Both the position numbers and the translations under genes were made by a program. DNA of 64,000 nucleotides, taken from assembly GCA_001179505.1 (NCBI GenBank), contig CDMY01000447.1:248001-312000 (forward strand), given 5' to 3'. Below the pieces are notes generated by a model. That model ran no database searches and was not told the DNA's origin. It was given only the letters and a program-made list of their open reading frames with translations. The DNA is from Vitrella brassicaformis CCMP3155. Lineage: Eukaryota; Protista; Chromerida. This document shows positions 35,990 to 48,305 of the stretch, one piece after another (the first letter of the stretch is position 1; the number at the start of each line of letters is the position of its first letter).

Positions 35990-38900
35990 TCATGAGGACG
36001 ACAGCACCGAGAAGCGCGGGGCATCTGCACGCGTAGATGGAGAGGGGCATGAGTTTGAATCGACGCTTTCATCACAGACTTGCATGTCCATCGTACCTTT
36101 GAATTGCTCTGGTCTCCTGACAGCTCTGATTGCGATGGACACCACAGGGGCAGGCGAGCCGTTCCAGCCTGGAGGCACATGCCACCACGCACACATGTCT
36201 CACTGTGTCTCTCTGTTAGGACTGAGGGTGGCCTGCCTGTACCTGTCGCCTCCTCGTCAAGATTGATTTCGGCCTCCCCGCCTGTCTCAAGCCGCTCCAC
36301 ATGCGCCTGCAGCGGCACAGTGACCTCCATGGTCGCGCTGGTTTGTGCCGCCGATCCTTGAGTGGCCTCTTCGGGGCTGAAGGAGAACCAGAAGGGCGCG
36401 CTGCTGGACAAGCTGACTTTGATGGTGAGAGTGCTGGTGTCAGTGTCGTCGACAAGAGGGACGGCAAAGACAGGAGGGGGCGAACACAGACCTTCACTCG
36501 AGACGATGATCCGCTGCACATAGAGACGACATCCATAAATGTGTATGTCTGCCGCGCTGGCTCTGGCCGACCGATGCCTCTCTCTTGCCATCCGTCTCGT
36601 CCGGCAGCTCCACAGACAGCCTGGCGACCTTCTCCCCCTCGCCACCCAGACCAGCTATCTTCCACACCACCACCCACACACCACACAGCCGCCCCTCCCT
36701 CACAACCGGCCAGTCGTCCCCAGCGTCAGCGGCCTCCTGCATGACCATCAGCCGGACTGCCGGCTCAGTGTCGCCTTGCCACGCGAGTGGCGAGGAGAGA
36801 AGCTCTCCTGTGCTGTCGGGGGCGTGGAGACACACCCATGTCGACCTTGAGGCGGTGAGGGCCGGCAGGTCGATCGAGGCTTGCATGACCGGGGGAACGG
36901 ACGTGTGTGCCGGGCTGCGAAAAAAATCCAGTGTTAGGGTGCTGGTGTCGGCCTCTGCCGGCAGTGGCAGTTTGTTGGGCAGCAGCGCCGCATTGATGGT
37001 CCTGCCCTCCTCATCGCTGGCAGAGAGGAAGGGGTGCCCGGTCAGGGAGACAACGACGCTCTCGTCGCTGATTGACAGGCGCATGGGACCCTTGACCATC
37101 AAAGGGAGGTTGGCCACCTCAGCTAGACGCACCACAGGCCCCGAGACGGCAGATGGCGGCGCTGCTGACACCAGAGGCAGTGCCTCTGTCTCGAGGATGT
37201 CTGTGAGGCTGGATGACTTGACGGGAGGGGCGGGCAGGCTTTCGGCCTTGCCTCGTTGGATCGCCGGCTCGCTTGCCGCTGTGGCTAACAGGTCCGGTGA
37301 AGGTGATTGGTCGGCTGGGTCGGCCTGACAGAGACAGTAGATATGTATGCATGTTTGTTTGTTTGGGTCATTCATAGAGATGTCTGTCTTATGCGCGCGG
37401 CGCTTGCCTTGGCGGCGGCGGGTTTGCCACGCCCAGTGAAGCTGAGCCCCCTGAGGATGCCGCCACCTTTTTCCTTCTCTTCTTTCTCTGCCTGACCTAA
37501 CACCTACAGAAACAAGAGAGAGAGAGACTCCCACTCACACAAAACTTGCTCTTCTCTTCCGATGCCAAGTCACTACCTACCTTCATAGAGCCGTCTTGTA
37601 CCTGTCCCAGCAGGCCAGCCAGTGGAGGTGGAAGGTGCTCCCAGCTGACTGGTGGTTGGGACAAAGGTGATCGGACGTCGATCACAGAGAGGTTATGGCA
37701 GCGGCAGGCAGCTGCTGGGGGCTGGAAAGCGGCAGATGGCTCCTCGACCGACTGCTTCTCTGAAGCGCACGCAGATCGGTTCTGACCACCCACCCCACGG
37801 CACATCACATCTGTGCGCGCTCACTTCTCTTATCATCTCCTGGCTCGGCTGTGCCTGTCCAAATGCCGTCCGTGAGAGCCATCCACTGTCCCGTCTTCTC
37901 CTTGAGCAGCTCCCGCAGAGCCGGCACATGCTCCTTGACCTTCTCGTCTGCTCTCCTGACGGTCGACCGCCTGCCCCTCTGCCGCCCCCTGTCCTTCGCG
38001 CCAGCAAACACGGGCACCACAGCCTTCCCCAAGACAAAAGGGAATGTGGACTGTGTGTCCATTTGCTTGAAGGAAGACTGGAGGTCGCCTGTCCCCGTCC
38101 GCACTAGCAGTCCCCCTGGCTTTCTCGGCTCCGCTTTCTTCTCTTCGGACACGCCGAAGTGCCCCGTGACTTGTATCTCCAGCTGCAGCGGGCCACCGAA
38201 GTGCGAGGGTGTGAGGGGGAAGGTGAGGTCCATCACGGGCCAATATATCCACACTGCTGGGACGGGAGGGGGAGCGTCGGCCTCGGCGGCGGCATCTGTC
38301 GCGGCTGCTGGGTCTGCCGTGCTTGTGCGAGGGTTGGTGTCGTGAAGGAATGCGCGGAACGATCCGTCGGGTATGGTCATCTCGCTGTTGCCGAGCTTGA
38401 TGGTGACGCTGCACACACGAAAAACGGATCAATGAATGGGGTGGGCGAATGGATCCCTTTACCTGCATTTGACGAATGCTGACAGGGGGGCAGGGAGGGA
38501 AGACAGCACTCGAGGGTAGAATATGAATTTCCCCTCAAACCCGCCACAGTAGACCGCGTATGCGTCTGCCGCCCCAACACTTTGCGGCACATCCGTCAGC
38601 CCCACCAGCGACAGCCGATATCGCACCTCACCAAACGGACAGAGGAACGCCGAGTGCATCTCCCCTGCCCCCGCTGCCATGGCCTCATCTGCCTCATCCT
38701 CACCCTCGACGCCCTCTGTCCACTGCCACTCGTCACCACCCATAGCTAATGACTCCACGGGAAGCCTGGCTAGGGCGATTGGCTGGCTGTGGCCGTCAGA
38801 GAAAAAGCTGAGGGAGATATAGCTGTCCGTCGGTGTGTATGGCAGCCACGCCACGTCGCCAAACCGGTAGCTGGGGCCACTAGTGCCGGCTGCGAATGCC

Positions 38901-41900
38901 CTCGACAGGGACACCTCCCCGTGATGGACATAAGACACCTCGTCGCCCTCGGCTGTCGTTGGCTCAACAGCTGCCTTCAGCGACACGTGTCTCCCTGTCT
39001 GCAACCCCTGATGAGCACTGTCGGACGATGTCCATGCTGTTCCCTGCGGCATCTCCGCGACAAAGATAGGCCGCAACGGTGTTGAGGATGGCCCGCCTCC
39101 CAACCTCATTTGGTCAGGAAAGGAGGGCACGTCGACCACTTGTAACCTGATGGCCTTTCGCTGTCGCAGCGGCAACAGAGCTGGGAAGATGGGCACCAGG
39201 CTTTCTTCTTCGTCGAATGAGGGCATGGCCACGGGAGGGATGGTGGAGACACACAGGCGGAGCGACGGCATCTTGGACAGACCGCCGAGTTCGGACCTCA
39301 CTGCCGTGCGGATGTGAGCTCCGAGTCTGTCCAGCTCTTCGAGAGATGCTGACGCCTCTGACGGAGCTGGGTGCCTCTCTGACTGTCGCCGCGATGGGGC
39401 GGACGTCTGCATGTGCTCCGAGTCGCTGAGGAATGACACTTGTGGCCGACCTTTCATGTCGAGATAGCCGTCTGCGGCCTCGCTGATGTCGACGTCCGAC
39501 TCCCATCGGCACAGCCACTCGAGTCGGCCGACCTCACCGAGGGTCTCTTCGTCTATGCTGAAGTGTCTAGTGGTCGACTGATAGGGCATCCCGCCTGCTG
39601 CAAACCTCAAATAGCCGTCAGTTGAGGCCAACAGTGGAGGCAGCGCTCCCCCGGCAGCAGCTGGCTCGTCCGTCAAAAAGAGGACAAAGAAGTCCACGGC
39701 CACTTGGACGGTCAGCTCCTCCTCTTCCTCTTCGTCTTGCCTCCGTCTCTTCGCCCTCTGCTGCTTTCTGATCTCCTCGATGTCGAGCGTAAGGCTTTCG
39801 TCAAAGTCCACAATGCACTGCGACTCTGTGGACGACCCTGCGGAGCCGTGAGACATGATCCTTCGGGAGGCGGCAGGCGAGAAAGGCTGCTCGGACAAAC
39901 GCGAGAGCGATGCCGCATCGGCCGCGGTGCACGCGAAGACAAGAGGTGGCACGAGCTTTGTCTGTGACGAAATCCTGCCGGCCTGCACTCTCGCCCGGAA
40001 GAGCAACACAACTCCCTTGAGCATGGGCAGATCGGATGCAGGCGGCTTGGTGTCCCACGGCAAGAGGATGTTGAGCTCTCGGGACGCGTCGTGGAGACAG
40101 GACAAGGTCCTCATCAGGAAGGCGTCAAAGCCCTTGAAGTCCGCCATCACCAGCCTCAGCAGTCGGCCCGGCATGGCTGCTGTCGACGGCCGCTTTTTCT
40201 TCTCCACCTCTACAGGCACCGGCATGCCCACGGGTGGGGCAGCTGTCTCAGGTCTTGGAGTGGCGGTGCCGCTGACAGGGTGCTGTTGAAGTCTTTCGAG
40301 GGTAGAGAAGAAGCGGGACGGCACCAAGTCGGCAAGGTCGGCATTCTCCTGCTTCACCTTGTCGTATTTGGTCTGCAGCTCGGGCAAGTTTGCCTCAAGG
40401 AGCTGCGGGAACTCGCGACTTAAAGGAGCCGTGTCAAGGAGTTGGTCGCAGAGGGCGAGCGCTGAGAGGAGGAAGCTATGCAGAGACTCCCCGGCTGACA
40501 CCTTGGTCTCCAGCTCCTTGACCGTCTCCTCATTCTTGGATTTCTCTTCGGCCATCTGGTCAGATCGCACCTTGCATCCTTGCACTGCAGCTTCCATTTC
40601 GCCTGTCAGGGCCTTCAGCTGATCCATCGGGACATCTTCGTCAGGTTTTCTCAATGAGTCAGCTTTCGCAGGATCAAGGTCGCAAATCACGGCCTGAGGG
40701 GCAAAGAAGAAGGAGACATTTGTGTCGCTCGTTTTGCCGTGCACATACACAGTTGACCACCCCCCCGCTCCCCTACCCGAATTGGTTCGATCAAGGCCAC
40801 CACTTCCGCAAGTGGGAGACTGGGGGCACCAGTGGGACTCGTCTCTTGTCGTCCGTCCGCGCCTTCTTGCTCGTCCGTCCTTTCCGTCTCTGTCCCTTGT
40901 CTCAGCGCCTCCTACAAGAACACACCACAGACCAGATAACCCGACACAGGGCGACAGCTGCCCGCGTACCATGCCTCGTTGGAGTCTCTCATTCTCTATC
41001 GACAGGCGCCGACACTCAACTTGCCTCTCTCCCAGGGTCCTTTTGGTCTCGTCCTTCTCCCTCTCTGCCTTGGCCTTGCCCCCCTCTGCGTCGATAAGGT
41101 CCATTTCCAGGGCGTTCTTTTTCTCCTCGGTTTTCTCAAGTTCATCGCGCAGCTTTCTTGTGTCGCCCACGAGGCGCTCGTTTTCTTCTTCCAGCTTGGC
41201 GACTTTTTGCAGGGCTTCCTCGTGCTTCTTCGGCGGGATGAGCGGCGCAGGCTCCCGGCCCAATTCATAATCTTTGAGGCGGTCCTTGAGGATGGCGTGC
41301 TCAGTACTGAGCCTGTCCAGCTGAGGTCACAGCGAGTGGCGACATAGCGTGCTTGAATGCTTGTGAGCGTTTTTTGTGTGTGTTGTTGCTCACGTCGTCT
41401 TTTGCTTTCCTCCTTCCTCCTTCCACTTTGGCGATTTTGTCGTCCTTCTTTCTCGCCAGCTCCTCCAACCTCCCGCACTTCTTCTCAAGGGCCTTGGTCT
41501 CCTCTCGTTGTCTCGTGTACATGGCGTGGAGCTCATCGTAGGTCTGCTGTTTGCTCTCGTGGAACGACTGCGTCCTGGCCAGCTCACGCCGCAGACGCCC
41601 ATCGTTCTCCCGAAGACTCTCGACCTCCTGCTTCATGAACTGCACACAATCACCGTACACACATCACATCTCGATCCAGTGAGACACGCTCCTTGTTTCC
41701 TGCCTGACTTTGAGGTCTTCCAGCGTTTTCTGATGCTCGAGCCGCAGCCGCCTGGCAGCTTTCACTTCGTCTGGTGTGAGGTTGGACTGTCTCAGCCGCT
41801 GCACCTCCTCACGGTAGGTCTGCAGCTCGGCCCGCAGCTCCTGCACACTCGTGTAGGCCATGTCGTGCTTCAACACGTCGATCACCTGCAGAAACAAACA

Positions 41901-42850
41901 ACGGGCTCGTACACCCAAGTCGATAACGTCGTGAGACACACACTCTTGACCTGTTGCTTCTCATCCAGCTGGCTGTCGAAATCCTGCAGACGACTTAGGT
42001 GGACCAGCAACCTCGCCACCTCATTCTCCACACGCACCAGCAAGGCCTGCGGCGGGGACGGTATCCCACCACCCGGCCCACCGCCTCTCTCCCTGTGCGC
42101 ATGGTGGCTCCTATCTCTCCCTGACGACCCCAGCCCACTGCGGCCCCTGCCGCCGGCAGGGAACGAGTGGCCGTAGGCAAATGCCGGCTGTGGGCTGCAG
42201 CTGTGGGAGCGGTAGTGGGAGAGCAGCTCCTTCAAGATCAGCAGCAGCTTATTGATTTCGCCTTCCAGGCCGCGGCACTTCCTTCTGTAGTGGAGGCTGT
42301 CGCGAGACTGCTCATAGTTGTCCTGACAGACAAACAGACGAGCCTCATTGTTCAGGACAATAGAAGGGATGGTCACCTGCTTCAAGTGTAGAATGTCGTC
42401 CATCAGTCTTTCCTTCGAGAAGTCGTCACGTGATTCGATGTATCCCGCCTGCCTCATACCCGCCTTATCGCCGCCAGCACCCTCCAACAGCGACTGCAGC
42501 GGGCTGAATGTGTCGGGCTCCTCATCCTCTTGCCCGAATCTCGCCGGCGTCCGATACCCCTGCGCACTCCTGGCCCTCACATTGCTCCCCTTCTTGCTTG
42601 GGCTGCTGCTCTGCATCGCAGTGCTGAGAGGGACGGGCTCACGTGTGCCGGCGCTGGATGGCCGGGTTTTAATGTGTCGGCCGAATCGCTGCTCAGGAGA
42701 GGGTGACTGTGGGGGAGGGCCGGGAGGGGGAGAGGGGCGGGTGACTGAATCGCGGCCTGTGGGACGGGCGGACTGTGGCCGCTGAGGCCTGTCGGAACCA
42801 CCGCTGGCTGCTGCCTTGAAAGACTGATCTCGAGATGTTGTGCCACTCAT
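35990..42850 (-). CDS. Large protein with an IQCE-like N-terminal coiled coil and several C-terminal C2-like beta-sandwich domains
   Basis: Exons FSKERLMDDILHLKQ|DNYEQ...KCRGLEGE and VIDVLKHDMAYTSVQELRAELQTYREEVQRLR resemble the conserved IQCE region as I recall it. An in-phase splice (KAKDD|LDRLSTE) links these to the 934-aa ORF. C2-like segments include IRLQVVDVP...ISLSFFSD...IALARLPVESL and LQLEIQV...VLGKAVVPV. The 3' end is approximate. Confidence 0.7.
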
Positions 42851-43467
42851 CCGATTCGCTGAGCGGTCCGCAGAAGTCGTAAGCTGGACGGCTTAAAGCC
42901 AATCAATGCGGTGAGCTCCAAATTACAAGGGAAAGGCACGTCGAGATGAGCTTGTCTCCACTTACGTCTCGAAAACGCGTGACAGTCACAGCCCGCCAGG
43001 GTGCAGTATTCCTTCGTCTGGAGGACTGACTGATCAGGCCTCACTGCTTGTTCCTCAAAGCTTGTCAGCTCTTCAGGGCTGGCGATCTTCCAGGCCCCCA
43101 CAGGCGCCCCCATCGTACATGCAGGTGCATCCGTTGGGATGTTTCAATTGTATGTATCCTCACCAGTCCCATGCACGACAATGCATGACACGATGACACT
43201 CTCGTAAAATCACGTGCGGCTGTCCGCTGGGTAAAATATCATTGTGGGATACACATGTCTCGCTGCGTGTACTGCCTGTCTGCCTGCCTGCCTGCTTGTC
43301 TGTCTGTCTGTCTGTCTGTCTGACTTGGTTGCGTGTAGCTGGTGAGGTGAAGAGACATTTGACCCTAATGTACAAAGTGATCGATGCAACGTCCCGCGGC
43401 GAGAAAAAGAAGCCATGTTGCCTCCCTCCCTCTCTCCTGTGTGTATAAAAGGAATACATACCGACAT

Positions 43468-44518
43468 CTACGTGTAGGCATATCGGGGGAACGGACGGGC
43501 GATGGGCCTGTAGTAAGGCCGGCCACCTGAGACACACACACACACGAACACATGCATAAACATCCCGTGCCTTTTCATTCGTTGGTCCCTGTCCCTCTGT
43601 ACCGATGGCAGTGATGCAGGGGTACGGCCCACATCGGTCAGTCCTCTTTCGGCCCCGCACGGTCCCGCGAACGGTATACCGGCGGCGCCGCCGCTGCACC
43701 TGCAGCTGCCGATTGGTGTCCGGTTCGTAAGTGACGCTGACGACGTTATCGCCCTTCCCGTCCGTGAGTGTGTAGCCGTCCTCGCTGGCGACGAGAGTGG
43801 AGCCATCGTGGAGGTTGAATGTGTATTTGTCGGGTGATGAGACGACGGAGGCAATGTAGTACAGGCCTTGCGTGTCGCTGGCGTGCTGCAGGCAGGGAGG
43901 CACACACGAACCCATGTCGACGAATGTCCGCCTGGGAGAGAAGGAAGCCTCTGTCATGTACAGCGTATTGACCGGTATTATGAGCGCAGTAAGTTTGTCG
44001 AACTCTTCTAGTCCGACGCCCATCAGATCGGGCAGCAGCCAACGCTCGAGGTCCTCCTGCACACCTGGCCAGGTGAGACGACAGAGGGACGCGTATTCGG
44101 ACCAATGGATGGATGGATGGATAACGCTTACGGATCTTGATGCCTTCGCGGTGGGCCGCTGTAAGTGTGCCATTGGCTGACACGCTGGTGTCTTTCATGA
44201 CTGCGAAAGAACGGAGAATCAATGCATGCATACGTCTTGTGTTGCGCCTATCGGCTTACTGCCAACGCCAGCCACCACCAGCCCCAGCATGATGCCTGCC
44301 GTGGCAATGTACCCGAGCACCAGCAGGAACACCGCCCAACGCAAACGATTGTTGGCCGAACGCTCACGCAAAACCTGAGGAATCACACGCATCCATCCAT
44401 CCACACATCGACCGCTCATTTCGTCGTGGGGGCCGCTGCGTTTTCTGCGTTTCTCACCTGTCGTGCGGCTGTACAAACATCCTCGGGGCTGAACGTACCC
44501 TTTCCTGTCGTATCCCAC
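43468..44518 (-). CDS. Hypothetical type II single-pass membrane protein, about 6 exons
   Basis: Basic N-terminus, TM segment LRWAVFLLVLGYIATAGIMLGLVVAGV, globular region (GLYYIASVVSSPDKYTFNLHDGSTLV), RQLQ motif and basic tail. Stop TAG at 43468. Confidence 0.55.
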
Positions 44519-44757
44519 TCCTGACGACGACAGAGTAAAGCACAGAACATCAGAACACGATGCATCAGGGCCTCATCTGTGTTCCCGGAGAGCTTGCCTT
44601 CAGGAGATCCACGAGTCGGTTCGCCTGGTCGCCCTCCTGGCCTTCACTCTTGTTGACGGCCTTCCTAAACTCCTCAGTGCGACTGGTGCTCACGGCCGCC
44701 ATTTTTGCTTCCCCCTCGACTCGTGAGTTTACAAGTCAAGGAAAGCATCAGAGCCTC

Positions 44758-45586
44758 ATGATTTGGTTGCTTGTCCCGCTTCTGCTGTGCTTTTGCTGCC
44801 CAGGCAGCGCCTCAAACGACACCATTGCAGACCTTGAAGATCTCTCGTCGACACAACACGAAGATCTCTCTGCGACGAAGTCCCTGCTGGAGTCGTTGAG
44901 CACCTGCTTGGTCACAACAGTCCTCGACAATGCGTCATTCGCCTGTCCGTCAGCATCTTTGGGCTCTTCTTCTCTATTCTTGCTGGCGCACATCAGGTTG
45001 GATGGCAGCACTGGCGTGGAGCGGCTGCGCCAGTTGGTGGACAAACAGATGATACTCATGCGGACACCTGACGATAGATATGCCGGGGGCCCCGTGGCTG
45101 TGGATGCTTATCTCTCCGACGGGTCACATGTGGCACTGAAGCTCCTTAATGAGGGGCTGGCCGTGCGGACGGACGACGTGCCGGTGGATGACATACTTGT
45201 GAGCACCAACAGTCGGTTCCCATGCCCTCATTCTCGTGTCCTCGTGTGTGTTGGTGTGTCATTGTCAGGGGGCAAAGGCGCGTCAGGGGAAGGAGAGTGT
45301 CTATGAAGCTCTGTCGGCTGTCTTGGCGCAGGACGACGCACAGCAGAGAAAGAGCCTCTTCACTTTGCAGCGCTTTCTGTTGCTCATGCCAGCAGCCTGC
45401 GCTGTGGCGGCTCTCGTCTCGTTCCTAAGATACCGCACCCTCAACCGAGCAGTCAGCAGGGACCAATGTGTGTCTGCTGCTGAGTTCAGCAAGCCAAGGA
45501 AAGTACGTCAGATGGCCAAGCTGAAAGAGAGACGGCGGGCAATGAAGGCAGAGGGCCAGGCAGGGCAGCGAATGGCGGGAGAGTGA
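44758..45586 (+). CDS. Type I membrane protein with a degenerate staphylococcal-nuclease (SNase/thermonuclease)-like domain, 2 exons
   Basis: Signal peptide MIWLLVPLLLCFCCPGSA; SNase-like pattern DDRYAGGPVAVDAYLSDGSHVALKLLNEGLAV and AKARQGKESVY; TM LLLMPAACAVAALVSFL; basic tail. Intron at about 45200-45268 is in phase. Confidence 0.6.
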
Positions 45587-46352
45587 GGGCGTGACTGAGT
45601 GAGTGAGTGTCCTTTCACGTGTAGGCTTTGTCTTTGCATGTCATGTGGGTGGGCACTGCAGAAACTGCGTGCGCGCACTTGGTACACGGTGATGCTGAGT
45701 CAAAGACAGACATACAGACACCATGGAGAGGAGTCAGTTGCTGGGGTGGCCAGACAGTAGTCTCTCTTGAAGAAAGTCGCCAAGATGTCATGTGCAAAAT
45801 ACCGGCACACACACACACACACACACACACATTTGACACACACCTCACACACACCTCACACAGAAGTGGCATTCCCTCCCACCCTCCACCATCAGAGGAA
45901 TGCACCAGCAGTCAGTGAATTCTGACGACAAAAGCAAGGCTCTGTTGTCTGTCGGGGAGCTGGGCGTCTGAAAGCATCACTCAGCCTCCTCGTCAGCGTC
46001 AGCGACAGCTGTGATGGGGCTCACGGGAGGCAGAATTACTTTCACCCACTCTGACACACCCGACAGACAGACAGACAGACAGACGAGTATTTCCACTGTG
46101 CCCCGGGGCAGCCAGCCAGCCAGCCAGCCAGCCATAGACAGATAGATAGGATGGATAAAGTACAGACCACCGCAAACACACCCATGCTTGCACCACACCA
46201 TCGTGACGTAACAACCCACCCCGGCCGGCCGGCCGGCCACCCAACACCCACCCACCCATACTACCCACCCACGGCCTATCTATCCCTCAGTGCGATCCGA
46301 TCCACGCCAGCCAGCCGTCGCTCAAAAAACATGTGTGTGAGTGTGTATGAGG

Positions 46353-48049
46353 TTAGAGGGTGCTCTGGCTGTCTGCGACACTGCCGCCCTCCTTGCTCAT
46401 GGTGGTCGACGATGCTATGCTGCCGTCGCCGCTCACGGACACCGGGACAGTCGGTGTGGTGTCCTGCCGATCATGCCACGACCGGTTGAACGACGACTCG
46501 GCCAGGTTGCTGCCCTCGGTGTTGATGATGGTCGATGGGTGCGTCAGGCAACCGGTGCTCGCGTTGCCTAAACCACATACACACACACACACACCTTTGC
46601 CACTATCCCCTCCTCCCTCCCTCCCTCCCTCCCTCTTTGCTTCCGTTGCTTACTGTCCGAGTCAGCATTGAGCAGCCCATCCCCGCCCTCCCGCGGCCGC
46701 CTGCCCAGCCCCACCACCTCAAACAAGTCCGGACCAGACGAATTGGGACTTGACGACGACGGGTAGGTCGGCAGGGCGGCCGCGGCAACCGTCAGAGGCT
46801 GGCCGTTGAGCTGGATCGGCGCGGAGGACTTACTGGGCGGTGCTGAGGATGCGACGACCGGTCGAGATCGGTTAGAGGACGCGCTGATGGTGGTCTCGCG
46901 GTCGGGCGCCACATCTGCGTCCTTCTCGCTCGCCGCCTTGCGGGGCGGACGGTGCCTGACCCGCATATAAGAGCAAAGGCAATGAGGACAAAAGTGACGG
47001 ATGGACGTGCGTGGCTGACTCACCCAGGGCAACATGGTCCCGCTGCAACCAGCTGTCGGGTGCTGGTCGGCTCATCTGGGCTGTATTGGATCTCTTGCCG
47101 GAACCGCGCCTCCTGTGTCGGCCGCTCCGCAACGGTCACCTCCAACCACTGACGACAGTAAACACCACAACAATGAGGAACGACACACAAAGGGGTGTGT
47201 GCGTGTGTGTGTGTGTGTTCACATGCATTCTGCGCACCTCGGCGCCGCGTTTCTGTAGGTAGTCGGGTCGGAGCTTATCGACGACCCGCTGCCAGATGTA
47301 GACGCAAAGCTCCTCTGCCGTGCTGTGCACAATGGGGAGCAGCTGAAACACACAACACAACATGAGATGGGTTGAGGAACGAACACCCCACAAGTCGATG
47401 GATAGATGAATGGATGGATGAATGGATAGTTCGTGCATCGCCCATTCAGTCACTCACCGCGCAGTCGCTCTTGGGCAGAGAGAAAAACGCCCCGTCCTCA
47501 GTACTGCGGCAGCCCAACAAACCGCACACACACCAACATGATGGTTTGGTTGCATGACACTCGACGCATACGCACGTCGCATTGTGTGTGTGTGTGTGCT
47601 CACGTGATGTTGACGTTTTGTTTGTTAGGGTCCGATATCTTGCTGTCGTAGTTGGGCGGGTAGCAGAAGGAGATGTGCAGCACGTCAGACTTCATCGGCA
47701 CCAACAGATGCTCATTCAATTCCTGCAACACACTCACACCCACAAGCTTCCACATCGCCTTACCCAAGGACGGATCTATGTCCTGCTTCTCTGATCTGCC
47801 TGTCTGTCTGTCTGTCTGCCTTCTCTCCTCCTTGGTTGTGTGTTGTACCTTGCAGACTTCCCTGGCGACGCGTTTGAGGTCTCCGAAGTCCATGACGTAG
47901 CCATCGCTGCCGACCGGCCCGCCCAGCCGGATGCCCAGCGTGTAGTTGTGGCCGTGCAGCCGCTCACGGAAGCCCTTGTACGCCACAAAATGCGCACACG
48001 AAAACTTGAAGTCGGGACTACTCACGCCGACGTCAAACGTCGCCGGCAT
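46353..48049 (-). CDS. PTPS: 6-pyruvoyltetrahydropterin synthase, apicomplexan/PTPS-III type, with Ser/Pro-rich C-terminal extension, 7 exons
   Basis: FKFSCAHFVAYKGFRERLHGHNY, GYVMDFGDLK, FSLPKSDC, LPIVHSTAEEL and LEVTVAERPTQ closely follow Plasmodium PTPS as I recall it. In-phase GT-AG splicing continues into two further exons ending TAA at 46353. Confidence 0.92.
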
Positions 48050-48140
48050 GGCTACAGCTGGTATCAACACAACAGATCACCCACGAGAGAACCACCCGCC
48101 TGGAAAGCAGCAGCAGCGATTTCGTGGAGCACCCTAGGTC

Positions 48141-48148
48141 TGCGAGCT
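48141..48148 (+). promoter_or_regulatory. TGCGAGCT element in the PTPS/F-box-like divergent promoter
   Basis: 92 bp from the PTPS ATG at 48049. Confidence 0.5.
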
Positions 48149-48305
48149 CAAATTTTGACAGGCATCTTTCGCTGCTTGAAGCGTGTCGAAGTGGTCCACT
48201 GGAGCGTTCAGTTGACAGTGAGCAGCAGGGCAAGTTGACCACACACTCTCATTCTTTCCATGTTCTGTCTGTCGTGCCACTCTGCAGGTGTGTGTTTGAA
48301 TGCAC

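Noticed and set aside
42847-43113. Minus-strand ORF whose TGA overlaps the ATG of the IQCE-like gene (ATGA), resembling bacterial translational coupling
   Set aside because: The upstream gene already ends in phase at TAG 43468 and the 88-aa ORF has no recognisable features. It is most likely intergenic or 5' UTR (at most a uORF).
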